Assembly: GCF_009914755.1 (NCBI RefSeq)
Contig: NC_060927.1
Length of the DNA stretch: 64,000 bases
Reading direction: 5' to 3' (one strand)
DNA from: the human T2T-CHM13v2.0 reference genome, Homo sapiens
Every line of letters begins with the position of its first letter. The first letter of the stretch is position 1. The notes under the pieces are model-generated. The model saw nothing but the letters and a program-made list of their open reading frames with translations, was not told the origin of the DNA and did not search any database. Shown one piece after another: positions 1 to 13,739 of the stretch. Position numbers and translations under genes: made by a program.

Positions 1-349
1 TGCAATGATTCTGGTTGTTAATTGTTAGTAGGTGAATGCACAGTCATGTTCTCTGGGCCTAATCTACTGGTCTTGCTCTACCTTGGGAGAGAAGGGTCAA
101 CCAGTCAAGGGATATGCTGAAACAAAATAGGAAGCTACATCTGTTATGGATCTGTTATGTCTTGAGACCAAGACATCTGCCCATCAGAGCTGTGGCCAAT
201 TTCACCGTTAGTGGATGTGCAAGTTTCGCTAGGAACACACTGAAAAGTCAAAAACAGCCCATTAGTTTCCCAGAGAATGAATAACAAGCATAATGATAAT
301 GCTCAATTTTAAAGGGGGTGGTTTCACATACCTCAAATATTTCCATGAC

Positions 350-720
350 AGAGGCCAAATAGCATAATGTTTGAGAACATGGACTGTGAAACCAGACAGC
401 ATGGCTTTGCATCTTGAATCTACCATTTATAAATCACTAACCTTTCTGTGCCTCAGTTTCCTCTTCTGCAAAACAAGGATATTAGTAACACTTAATATCT
501 ACTGGGTTGATGCATGGGTTGAATAAGTTAGTAGATGTAAAGTGCTCAGAACAGTACCAAGCAGCATTTAAGTTTCATTTATCACTTGAGGTAGGATAGG
601 CAAATGTCATTATCCCCTTTTCACAGATGGGAAAAAGGCTTAGAAAGTGTGAGTGAATCACACAGCCAACCAGTGGCTGAGTCCTAACCAAACTGTTCAA
701 CTTCTGACTCTAGTGTTCTA
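350..720. mobile_element. Two MIR fragments in opposite orientation (approximate)
   Basis: MIR core 'ctgtgcctcagtttcctcttctgcaaaa' and its reverse-type 'tatccccttttcacagatggg'. Confidence 0.6.
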
Positions 721-739
721 CCCTGTCAGTCACACATCC

Positions 740-1381
740 TGATATGGTTTGGATCTGTGTGCCCACTCAAATTTCATGTTGAATTTTAATCCCCAGTGTT
801 GGAGGTGGGGCCTGGTGGGAGGTGACTGGTTCATGGGGATGGTTTCTCATGGCTTAGCACCATCCCATTTTATACTGTCCTTGCAATGATGAGTGAATTC
901 TTGTGAGATCTGGTTCTTTAAAAGTGTGTAGCACACAGAGAGGGGAACAACACACACCAGGGCCTGTTAGGGGGTAGGAAGTGAGAGAAGGGAACTTAAA
1001 GGATGGGTTAATAGGTGCAGAAAACCACCATGGTTAATAGGTTAACAGGTGCAGAAAACCACCTTATACCTGTGTAACAAACCTGCATGTTCTGCACATG
1101 TATCCTGTTTTTTTTTTTTTGTAGAAGAAATAAAAAAAATCACATTATGCACTGAAAAAAAGGGGGTAGCACCTCCCCCATCTTTCTCTTGCTTCTGCTC
1201 CTACCATATGGGACATCTCGTGCCCCCTTTTCCACCATGATTGGAAACTTCCTGAGGCCTCCCCAGAAGCAGAAGCTACTATTCCTCCTGTACAGCCTGC
1301 ATAACCATGAGCCACTCTTTTCTTTATAAATTACCCACTCCCAGTTATTTCTTTATAGCAGTGCAAGAATAGACTAATACA
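740..1381 (+). mobile_element. MaLR solo LTR (MST-type) interrupted by an L1 3' fragment
   Basis: TGATATGGTTTGG...GACTAATACA termini with a perfect 5-bp TSD CATCC (735-739, 1382-1386). Confidence 0.85.
935..1157 (+). mobile_element. 5'-truncated older primate L1 3' end inserted in the MST LTR
   Basis: gaggggaacaacacacacc...aacaaacctgcatgttctgcacatgtatcc plus an A tract. 15-bp TSD aaaagtgtgtagcac (920-934) and aaaagggggtagcac (1158-1172), at a TTT/AAAA site. Confidence 0.8.
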
Positions 1382-2275
1382 CATCCTTAAATTCAGAAGC
1401 AAAGATGAGCCTGTCTCATTCAACGGTAAGAAAACCAATTAGCAAGGATCCATTCACTTTCTCACTGGGACACTTTAGAAACTGCAAAAACTTGCATAGG
1501 CCATTACATCAGTGCTTTTCAAAACGCCGTCAGAGGGTCACATATTCAGTTCAGTGGGTTGCAACTTTTAAAAAAAGTAAAACACAGTAGAATAGGAAAT
1601 ATAATGCATCAAAAATTGTAAGGGTAATTACTGTATTGTGATATGTTGGTTTAAATACATACATTCTGTACTCATGTGCACATATGCATGTGATAGACAG
1701 TATTATTTCCCACAATTATTCACCCCCTGGGCCACCTGCCCTTCCTTGTTGGAGAATTATGCCAGTCATTGTACTCTGTTGCTAGCTCACTTGCAGGGTT
1801 CCTGTGACCGTGGTGTGCTTCCCCACCATATTGACATTTGAGACTCACTAGAGTCAATGGAGTGTAAGCATGTGACATATACCAAGCCTGAGCAGTAGTG
1901 TTTAGAGCAATTATATAGGTTGGCTCAGTGCTTTACTCTTTCCCTTCGCCAGAAGCTCATCTTAGGATGGGGTTGCTGCCTTACGCAGAGTTCTGGAATG
2001 ACAAACAACTTGGAACAGTGTTGTGGCCCTTCTACAGACTAGAAGAGAGAGTTACAGCCTAGATCAGAGCCACCACTGATGAACAGCCTGCATGTACATA
2101 ATGAGGAATTAACCTTTGTTTTGATACCCCTGAGATTTTCAGTTGTTTGTTACCATAACATAACTTGGCCAAAGATGACTAACAGGTATGTTTATGTGTA
2201 TTGGATTGATGAGATAAATGTATTTCTTACTGAGGAAGGTGGTCAAAAAATTTGAAAATCACTTGATTAAATAAC

Positions 2276-2636
2276 TGTCTCAGTCAGTTTGGGCTGCTAT
2301 AACAGAATCTCATAGACTAGGTGACTGAAACAATGAACATTTACTTCTTCCAGTTCTGAAGGTTGGAAGTCTGAGATCAGGGTGCCAGCAGGATTGGGTC
2401 CTTGGTGAAGGCCATCTTCCTGGTTTACAAATGTTCGTTTTTCTGTTGTAGCCTCACACGGTGGAGAGAGTGTGAGCTCTGGTCTCTATATTCCTTCATA
2501 AGGGCACTAATAACATTCATGAGGGCTCCCCACTCGTGGCCTAATTACTTCTAAAATTTCCACCTCCAAATGCCCTCATATTGGGGATTTAGGCTGTAGA
2601 ATTTAATTTGCGGGGACACAAACATTCAGTCTATAG
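2276..2636 (-). mobile_element. MaLR LTR (MLT1A/MST-like)
   Basis: tgtctcagtcagtttgggctgctataacag...ggggacacaaacattcagtctatag. Confidence 0.7.
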
Positions 2637-2649
2637 AAATGACCATTTA

Positions 2650-2901
<252 letters not shown>

Positions 2902-5900
2902 TTAGTTCACTTGACACACTTAGGTATTTCTCTAGATTTCCCATTTGTTTATATTAGTTTGAAAATGCTTCACTTGTATTTTTATTTTTGTCTGCTTTTC
3001 ATAGGACACACTTTAATTCCTTCTATCATATAAGAATTAGACCAATATTTTTTCAAATTATGGCATCTGTATATCAATTAACAGATTTTCAGACATGTGC
3101 ACTGCCTTACATAGAAAATGAAAGAATGCAATAGCATTTATTATTTAGTGGTAATAATAATTACATGTTAATGAGAGAGATTGTTTTGTAATATACTAAT
3201 AATATAAACTAATATCATAAATGAAGTAAGGTACAGAACGACATCTGGGTCAAATGTAGATCCAGATTACGAAGACCATGCCAGCTCATTATCTGACACT
3301 GAAGATAATAATCATACCACATAACACACTCAAATGTTGGAACTTGAAGGATCAAAGTGAATGGAATCCTAATCACCTCTGGTTGTCTTCAGCTCTGGAA
3401 AGTACTTTTTCTTTTGCTGTTGCAGTTTTTGGATGGGTGTTTAATCATACCAAAAAACATGTCAATGATTTCTTTCACAGTTGAGCGGGAGTGAGGGAAA
3501 CACAAAGCATTTGAAATGAATTCAACTTGCAAAGACTGAGGTGTTTGTACCACAATTTGTTCTTAAAAAATCCTGGTGTCTTGTCTCCAACAATAAAAAA
3601 ATAATGACAATGCTTCCTTGAAGGGATAGGTGCATGCACTCAAAACTGAATAAATCACTGAAATCTGCCACTTGAGCAAACCATCTGAAATGATAGAAAC
3701 AGTCTCTACTGGCATCATCATTGTAATGAAGAAATGTGATTTTTAAATCCCATCTTTCATCTTCAAGGTTCACTTAAGCATCTTATTCCATAACAGAAGT
3801 GTGAAAACGTAGAGTTTTGAAACTGCTACATATACTTTTTTACAGTATTCTGTTAAGAGTTAAAATCAATAGCCATAATTTATTAATATTCATAGTTTTT
3901 ACTATTTCTTGAATATTAAACCAAGATCTGGAGACATACTATTTTCTATAAATAGTGATATTAGATTGATAATCAGGCACAACTTCTTTAATTCAAAATC
4001 CTTCAATGCTTCATATGTAGTTGCTGCTCCTTTGCTACTGATTACAACATACGTTTTCTATTCCACCTCATAGTTTTCTAATGACCATCAAACAAAATAT
4101 CTCATCTGCAGAATAGATGCTCAATGGTAAAGAAAACAGAAACTCATCTAGCACCTCCCTCTCTTAGTTATGCCATGCATAGGCTAAGAAACTTTGACAT
4201 GGTATCCAATTGTGATGCAAAGCACCTGCGTACTCACACAACGTGCTTTCTTCTCCCTGATGCCACTTGCATTATATAATGACCATCAGCATCACCTGAT
4301 GAAGGAAATTTGCTGAAGGGTCACTCGGCTTTCTCTCCAAGTATGTTGCTAATTCTGCTACCTTTGCCCTGAGGATGCAACCCTGCATGATGCTTTTGTT
4401 TTGTTCCCTTCTCTGTCCTTATCAAAACAATTCATCAATTTTGTATTGGAAACTTTATTTTGCATTTCCCATTCTGAGAAAAAACAATTAGTTTACCAGT
4501 TAAAATTTGAAGAAGATAAAAAACATAAATATTTTACAACATTATTGAATTTTAAAAGTTGATAAGGCTCTGAGAATTGGACTATCTATAGGTCCCATAC
4601 AATCCAACTTTTAGATGTTCATCATTATACTTTTTAGACATATTTTGCTGTTTTGTTGACTTCCACCTAACTTTGTATGTCCTAGGAAACACAGATTTGG
4701 ATTTAGTCTTTATGCTTACAATTTCATCTTAAGCTAAAGTAAATAATAAAAAGTAAATCATTTTACTTGTTTCATCACTACTTTTAAGCTTGAACCATTT
4801 CCAGCCATTTATTTATTTTAGTCAATTGGTAGAATAACATAACAGCAAAAAATGCCCATGTAATAAATAATAGCACAATGTCATAAAATTAGTTGAGATG
4901 AACTGTACCTTGTTATCTACTTGGAAGAGCATTAAAAAATGCTTTTATGAGGCTATTAAATGACACTTCACCACTGGTTAATTCCTGAATATGGGGGTCA
5001 TTGACTAGTGTTCTCATTTACCTTTCCAATTCAGGCCTTCTTCAAAAAGTCACCATTCTTTCTTAGAAAGAGATATTAATACAGCCTCTATTCATATTAA
5101 CCCCACCATGTTATCATCATTCTTCTGATTCAAAATTAATAAATACTGAGAAACAAATTTTCCTCTATCAAAGGGACAGTTTTACTTTTTACTTGTTTCT
5201 GTATTCAGTCCAATCAATAACATTTTTAAGTTGTTGGTGGATATTCTGAATATTGTAATTTTTATCATTTTTAAAGGGGCAATTTTGTAAAATGACAAGA
5301 CCATAAAGGGCTACCTTTGCATGTTCTCTGCTATAGAAAATCAGATGCACTTGTTTTTAGAGAAGAAAAAAAATCATTGTTGACAAAACTCCTGTACAAA
5401 GATCTCTAATGCCTTTGGCCAGTAGTCGTCATACCAGATGCAGTCTTTTTAATGTGGACCTTTTTGGTTTAGTCCTTCTTAATCTTTTAATACAATGATG
5501 ATTAGATTAAATGGGAATGTATATTGAATAAAAATTTGCTAGCAAATATTTTTACTATAACACATTATTATATGAGATATTTTAATCAGCTGTTAAAATT
5601 TGATACATGTTGATATTTTCAGTATTTATATGGCTAATATAGCTACCTAGAGCATCCAACAATGTGTAATTAAAAATATTTATCATTACCAGAAATACAA
5701 AAGAAGTTGTGGTTAAAACTTAGGCTTTGATGTCATTCTGAACTGGGTTAAAACCTTGTGTTCTCACAAACGATGTGATCTTGATCAAGCAACAACTTCT
5801 CGAAATCTGTTTCTTTATTACTACTCAGTTGCAAGCCACATAAAGGTAAGGACCTTATCTACTGAGCTAATATTTTATCACCAACATTTAACACACTGCC

Positions 5901-6058
5901 TTGAATATGGTAGTCAATTAATAAATATTGAATGACTGAAATAATACATTGAATAATGGGGGCAGTAATATAATTTACCTCATAGGGTAGATGCGAACGT
6001 GAAATAAGATTAGGCATGTACAGATCCAGAAGAGAAACATGATTAATTAGCTATTATT

Positions 6059-6189
6059 AGGGTGACCATATAATTTGACATACATATCGGGACACTTCAG
6101 AATAACAGAGGGTGCCATTAATAGTTACATGGGGGCAAAAGATGTGAACTAAGGCCATCCAAGTCAAACTAAGGTATGTAGTCACCCCA
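6059..6189. mobile_element. Small hAT MITE (MER94-like)
   Basis: Inverted termini agggtgacca...tagtcacccc, about 130 bp. Confidence 0.5.
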
Positions 6190-6714
6190 GCTCTGGCAAA
6201 TATTATTAGGCAATATAGGAAACCAAGGATAGAAGGAAATGTGTAATTGTAGATACGTAACATATAATTATTTGACAATGGTTGCAATGTAGACAAATAA
6301 AACCACAGCAATAGTGTCTAACCTGGCAAAAACTGCCCCCACCTACCTGCTCGAAGCATTAGACAGAAGGAACAGTAGAAAAATGACGTTTCCTGAGTCC
6401 AAATTTCCACATTGGGTTTTTCAGATTCGTTTAACTTACCAAGTTGAATTAGATTAATAATTCTCTTTCAAGATTCCTTGTCAAATCTCTCACAGTGATT
6501 GTTTTTCACCTCTCATATTTCTGGCCCCGCCCTGTCTGAGTGGAATGTTTCAACTTCTAATTCGACAATTTACATATTGACCTGTTTCCTGGCCAATGTT
6601 TGTTCTTCCTCAGGATATCTCTGTACTATTACCTGTTCTCTCTTCCACCTCTTCTGTCTATAAAAAAGATACATCTTTCCTTTAGGCTATGGCCCTTCAC
6701 CTCACAGACACTTT

Positions 6715-7307
<593 letters not shown>

Positions 7308-7574
7308 CAAGATGTTCTTCTATCAGTTTTTCACTCTCTTCTTATTGGTGTCTTCAATATCTCCTTCCTGATAAGATTCAGAAATCTGGATCTTATGCTC
7401 TGGAATCATAAACATTTATGTTCTAATTCTGGGTTTTCGATCTCTGTGTGATCTTAGGAAAGCTGGTTAACATCATTGAGCCTCAGTTTCTTCATGGTAA
7501 AGTGGTAATTGTAATGCCTAGCTCAAAGAATAGCAAGGAGGATTAAATGAGATAATGTATATAAAATGTCTAGG

Positions 7575-9881
7575 AGACTTCTGGGCAAGACATTGGCACC
7601 TTAGATTCAAACACTGGTGCACATCCTCTCCTCTAAGCAAATAATAAGGGTAGGCAGAACCTTAAAAGAGAAAAGTAATAACATATGTGGAGGCTAAAAA
7701 ATAAGATAAATCTATCTGGAACCAAAAACTGAACAGAAATACAAAGTCATAAAAGGAGCTGAAAATGGAGGCCTGTTGGACTCTGTTTCCGAAATAGGCA
7801 GTGGCTACCAAGAGCTAGGCTTCTATGTGTCAACAAGGACCAAAGGAAAGGCACACAAGCGAGGCAACTGGAATCAGGAGTGACAGGGATCCAGTGTCTG
7901 GGGAGAAACTTTTCCATCCCATTGGCAGCACCATTTTCCTTTTTCAACTACAGGCTGCAGTTGTTTTCCACACACTCCCATCTTAAGGCGCCTGTAAGTG
8001 CCGTGTTCATAATTCAGTTTCTATTTCCCTTCCCATACCGCTACACTTTTATTGAATGTACATTTTCCATTCCTGTGAAAAACTCACAGTGATTTATACT
8101 GATATCCCAGTGGAGCAGGAACCTCAAGGTGACATTATAAGGACTCAGGGTCCAGCTGCTGAATGTAGACAACTGAAAGAGGGAGCAAGAGGAGGGAAAA
8201 GAGGGAAGGAGAGAAAAGAAAATAAGAACAATAAACAAAAGTAAATTAAATACTGATTCATCTGCAGCAGAATTTATTCCTGAAAAAATCTATTTTATAA
8301 AGGAAACTGACAATGGCTTTAAAATAAATGTTTCAGGTATTTAAAGACAAAAATGAGTAAAACCATGAACATAATAGATTACAACACATAGACTTGGGAG
8401 AAAAGAAATAATGATGAGTAAAGAAACTGATGAAATATGTCAGCAAATTTAATGAAGTATTGACTATTTTGGGTGTGTGTTAAACAACACTGTGTTTAGA
8501 GAAAAAAAACAAGATGGGGAAAGGGAGCAATTTGGTTAATTAAATTGTGATAAGTAGGAGGATAGAAATGATTAAAAATAGATTTGTTTAAAATATTTAT
8601 AGTTAAATAGGTAGGTGAAAAAAATTCAGGGTTGCCACTAAAAGTAAACAATACAATATATGCTTTCTGTATTTGTTTTCTACATCTGTACAACAAATTA
8701 TCACAAATTTAGCTGCTTATAAAAATACATACATTATCTCAGAGTTTCTGTGGGTCAGGAGTATGGGCACAGGCTGGCTGGGTCTTCTCTGTTCAGTGTC
8801 TCACCAGGCTGCAATCAAAGGGTAGGCCTAGCTGTGTCCTCAAGTGAAGGCTCTCTTAGGGAAAAATCTACTTCCAAGCTTCCTAAGGTTGTTGGCTGAA
8901 TTCAGGTCCTTGCAGCTGTAGGCCTGGAATCCCAGAATTCCTGCAAGTGTTGGCGAGACGCTGCTCTCAGCTCCCAGGAGGTATTTCCACGTCGTTGTCA
9001 CCTGACTCCCTCTATAGGCAGTTCACAAAATGACTGTTTCTTTGAGGTCAGCAGGAGAATCTCTCAGACTCCTGTTTCTGATCTCTAAACCTTCATTTGA
9101 AGGGCTCCCATAATTAGATCAGGCCCAACCAGGATAACTTCCCTCTTCATTAAGTTAACTGATTAGAGACTTAAATCGCATCTTCAAAATCCCTTCCCCT
9201 TGGCTGCACAATGTAACCTAAGCACTGGAGTGCTGTCCCATCATATGCACCAGTCCTGCCCACACTCCAGGGAAGATTATACAAGAAGGTGGGAATTTTA
9301 GGGGCCATCTTAGAATCTGCCAACCACAGTCTGTCCTTTGAATCCCCAATGATTTACATTCCTCCCAGATGCAACATGTATTTACCCCTCTCAAAGTTCC
9401 CACCAGTCTTATCTCATTACAGCAACAGCTTACAGTCCAGTAATACCATATGTTTGTATGTGTATATCTTTTTCAACTGAAAAGGAGCAATAAGAAACAA
9501 AAATGAATGATAAACAGAAGAAACAAAAAATTGTAGAAAGAAATACAAATAAACCAATAATCACAACAAACATAAAGAAATTAAGTTTATTTTTTAAAAG
9601 ATATAGATTTTTTAAATGAGTAAAGTGCACAGAGTCCAGCTATATGTTTCTTAAAAAACTACAACAAAATGCAGAAAGATTAAAAGAAAGGAACTAAAAA
9701 ATATATGCCAGTAAAATTGTAATCCCCAAATATCTAGGGTTCTAATATAACATCAGATAAAACAGAACCTAAATCCAAATTATTACAGGGTTAAAGAAGA
9801 ATACTACTAATGATACAAAAATAACTTCCTAAGATATATAATAATAATTAATTTATGCACATCTAACAGCATTCTCTCTCT

Positions 9882-9919
<38 letters not shown>

Positions 9920-10650
9920 ATATTGAAACTGGGAACTTTTAACACAACTCTATTAAGTTTATTAACTTAATAATAGTAGAAAAGATTTGAAAACAGAATG
10001 GACATGTTTGATGTAATGAACTATAATAAAATTTGTACCTCTATGTTCTTTTCAAGTACAAAGATGCCATTTACAGTAATTAACTGTATCATAATCAAAT
10101 GTCAACACATCTCAAAGTTTCAATATCATAGCGACTATGTTATCTCACTGTAATGAAATTAAACCAGAAATTAAAAATTAAAAGATAGATAAAAGATCAT
10201 ATATTTAGAACTCTAGAACATTCACTCCTAAATAACATAATCCAAAGGAAAATAACAGTGAGAGAATTACAAAGTATTTAGGATAGAACACCAATGAAAA
10301 GACAGCTGAAACTGCAAAATTAGTGAGATGCAGATAAAATATTTACAGGTAAGTTTAAATGGATCTATTCAATATCAAGAAAGACTAAATATAAATGAGT
10401 TAAGTATTTAAAGATCTAGACAAAGAATTTAGAAAGAGTAACTCAAAATAATCAGAAGAAAAAATAACAAACATAATCAAGAAATACATAAAATAGAAAA
10501 CTATAATACACTGGGGCGAATGAACGTGACCACAGCTTGGTTCTCTGAGAAACAGAAAAGGCTGTAGCAAGACTAATTTTTTAAGAATAGGCATAAATAA
10601 ACAATAACAGCAAGAGAAAAGGAGAAAGATACACCACAGATACTAAAAAT
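7575..10650 (+). mobile_element. Ancient L1M relic (5' region plus degenerate ORF2) interrupted by an LTR-like element at about 8660-9430 (approximate)
   Basis: A-rich plus strand with decayed endonuclease-domain text ('atttatgcacatctaac', 'gggaacttttaacacaactc', 'ttggttctctgagaa'). MaLR-like text at 8670-9310. Confidence 0.55.
9874..9916. repeat. (CT)n(CA)n compound microsatellite
   Basis: Directly visible. Confidence 0.95.
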
Positions 10651-10779
10651 GCAATAGTCTGAGAATCAAGGTAATTACATTCTGCTTGTTGATGACTGAG
10701 GTAGGAGCAGGCATATGACAATTCTTGTGAAAAGGACAATGAGAAAAAAGGAGAAATTTTGCTAGAACTCTTCTTGAAA

Positions 10780-11075
10780 AGTATTATTTGCTTTTAGGAA
10801 AGGTCAGAAGACAAGAAACTGCCCCTTCCTGATTTTGGATGTTGTTGTCTGAAGATGTGATGGTTGGTACTGTGGCAACCACATTGGATCATGAGGGCAA
10901 AACCAAGGGAATAAGAGAAGTTAACAAGAACATTACTGAGCCCCTGAAGAACCAACCCTAGAACCGCCCTATTTTCAGATTCCTGTTATGTGAGATAATA
11001 CAGTATTTATGTTTAATTAGCTCTTATAAGAATATTCTATGACTTGGAGCCAAATGCATTCTAACGGATATAACA
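10780..11075 (+). mobile_element. Old MaLR LTR fragment (MLT1J/K-like)
   Basis: 'ttcagattcctgttatgtgagataata...gacttggagccaaatgcattctaac'. Confidence 0.5.
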
Positions 11076-11412
11076 TTCTGGAACCAGTTTCTTAATTTTG
11101 TTTTATAAGCAGATTATAAATAGAGAAGCAAAGTTTTTCCAACTGGAGTGGAATAATCTGAGAGGCCTTCTCTCATGGATGGCTAATATGGTACAGGAGT
11201 CATGAATGAAGAGAGGCTGTTATATAGAACGTTCTGAACTCTGATGGAGGTGCTGAACAATAAGGAGGATTAACAAGTGATGTGACAGAAGCTATCCAAA
11301 GGGAAAGGACCAATGGCTCATTCCCCACCCATTTAAGGAGCCAAAGCTCTTGGCAATCTGAACATAGTTATCGATTATACATACCCTTCATCCTCATAAC
11401 TCTTCAAATGCC

Positions 11413-11418
11413 TTTATT
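11413..11418 (-). terminator. Candidate poly(A) signal for the alternative terminal exon
   Basis: AATAAA on the minus strand about 200 nt after the TAA at 11621. Confidence 0.5.
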
Positions 11419-11620
11419 AAACAAGAACACTTCTTGCATACATTACCTACCTGGACACAATTCTAAAATATTTTTGGTGAATGAACAGCTATAAGCCATG
11501 CCCTTCCATTTTCCATTTCCATTAGCATGCAGCTGAACCCAAATGTAAAAAAATAATTTTGTGATGATATTCATTAATTTGGAAAAGTAATCTCAGCAAG
11601 TATCTTAGCAAAGTAAATCT

Positions 11621-11760
11621 TTAACATAAAAAAATGCTGATGGCACACTTACTCAGATTTTGGTGGGCGACGTTCTCTTGGATACCAGTTATATTCTCAT
11701 TTGAATTTCCTGTTTCTTGTTTTATGTGCATATGACTTCCTTTTTTTTCCATAAAAGTAC
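11621..11760 (-). CDS. SUCLG2: SUCLG2 alternative terminal exon, coding part (longer C-terminal isoform)
   Basis: Acceptor ccaatttcag|GTACT is in frame with the phase-1 donor at 51718: (G)TFMEKKGSHMHIKQETGNSNENITGIQENVAHQNLSKCAISIFLC-TAA. The tail is 46 aa versus 38 aa for the canonical exon. The +8 aa difference agrees with my recollection of 440-aa versus 432-aa annotated isoforms (recalled, not checked). Confidence 0.8.
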
Positions 11761-12649
11761 CTGAAATTGGAGTGAGATTCTTGTAATGAGTTTTTTCTTG
11801 CAATATATTTAGATGAACAACAACAGTATGGTATTCCTAAGATCCTGTTACTCCTATTCCTTAATGGAAACATCGTGTTACTGATTCTTCTCCCACTGGA
11901 GGAATATGCTTTGAGGACTGAACTTTTTTCCCTGTCTCTCTCTTGTTTATTGGGAAAACAACGTCATCGTCTTCTTGGATTGCTGACATTTGGATAAGGC
12001 AGATGAAACAAGTAAGTGTCCTACGTCCAGATAGAAATAGCAACCATGCACAAAATTTTCTTATAAAACAGATAATAGAGTGACTATAATAGAGACTAGA
12101 CCAGAAGTCTGGATTCTTGGGTCCAACTGTTCAATCTTAGGCTTGTTCTGAGATGCCGGAAAAAAAAAAAATCACTCAAGAGTCTTTTGGTGCCTTTTTG
12201 GGCTGCACCTATAAATGGTAATTATACTTTTCTATTATAGAGTTCTCCACCATCTATTGTGATGTGTAACTATATCAAAGGAGTAGTTGACAGCTTAGTT
12301 AATGCATAGAGTATAAATCACGTTGAGTTTCTCACAGGAATACAAAATGTACATTAAATACAAAGTCTAGCAGCATGAGAAGGGAAATAGAAACTGTGAA
12401 TCATGAGCACACCACTTACAGATGTCTCAAGATGTGGGTTATGTGGAATACAACTGCAGCCTGTAGTTAAAAAAGGAAACTGATGCTACTGGTGGGATGG
12501 GTTGTTTTCTAGGGCAGGGCTCAGGAGACAGACGAGACAGATTTCTACCCTCGACTTGAAAATGGGCCATTGTGTGAGCCTTGGCAACTTTGGTACAGCC
12601 TGCAGGGACTAAAATGGCCTGGCCCCTGCCCACTTCTCTATTATTAGAT

Positions 12650-13152
12650 AGATTGCATTAACGGCCCAATTCTTCATCCTTTCCTGTATCCTTGCTTTTT
12701 TGCCATGGGGTTTTAAGCAACTCCTACAAAGAGGTAGAGTATATTTGGGGTATCTTGATTTAGAGTTTGGCCATGTGACTTGCTTTGGCTGATAGAATTT
12801 TAGTGGTTGTGATACTAACAGATGTCTAGAAAGTGCTTGCATGTATTTGGTTTTGCTCTTGCTCCTCTGGGATGGTGAGGGGAACATGCCCTGGCTAGGC
12901 TGCTGAAGGATGAGACATACAGAACAGAGCCAAGCTGCCCAGGTGTTCCAGCCAAAGCCAACCTAGATCAACCATCAGCCAGCTGGTTCCCAGACATGTG
13001 AATAAGCCAAACCAACAGGAAAAATTGCCCAGTTGTGCTTGTCCTAAATAACTGACTCCCAGACTCATAAGCAAAATAAATGCTTATTGTTACAAACCAC
13101 TGAGTTTTGAGATGATTTGTTATACAGCATTCTTGTGGCTATCAATCTGATA
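12650..13152 (+). mobile_element. MaLR LTR (MLT1G/H-like)
   Basis: 'ggccatgtgacttgctttggc...aataaatgcttattgttacaaaccactgagttttgagatgatttgttatacagca'. Confidence 0.65.
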
Positions 13153-13189
13153 TACTTTCCAACACTTCCCTGTTGCCCTCCACACCCAC

Positions 13190-13680
13190 TCCAGCAACAT
13201 TAGACTTATCTATTTAAGAGAACTTTTCATGTACCCCAGGACAGGATCCTTGCACATGCTGTTCTCCCTCTGCCTGGAGCTGTCTCTTATGCGTCTCCCC
13301 TGGCCCCTTACGTTGGCCAGCTCCTTAGCTGAAATACATTTATTCATCAGTTCTTAGCTCAAAAGTAGCTTCCTTAGGCAAGCTTTTCCTTCCAATCCAG
13401 AGTAAGTGGGCTTTCTTTAAAATTGCAATATATTTTCATGTATTTGTGTTACTTTATATCAGAGAACTTTTTACTGATGTCTCTGTTAATGAATGATAAT
13501 CTAATTTTTTTTTGTGTGTGTGATAGTTAAGCTGGTCTCCTCCATGAAATTGCAAAGTCCATGAGTTTAGAGGCTGCAACTGTTATCTGGGTCGCCACTG
13601 TATCCTAACGCAGCAGATAATACAGTGTATTAGGTACACGCTACCTAATGCAGTGACAGGCACCAATTTTTATTGAATGA
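13190..13680 (+). mobile_element. L2 3' fragment (approximate)
   Basis: 'cttgcacatgctgttctccctctgcctgg...ttttattgaatgaa'. Confidence 0.5.
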
Positions 13681-13739
13681 AGATGTAAGTCGTATCCTCC
13701 ACCTTTTGTGTGTGATGACTGATGAGTTACATTTGTAGC

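Noticed and set aside
11621-11640. CaaX prenylation signal on the alternative C-terminus
   Set aside because: The tail ends ...CAISIFLC. The residue at position -4 is Ile, so it is not CaaX.
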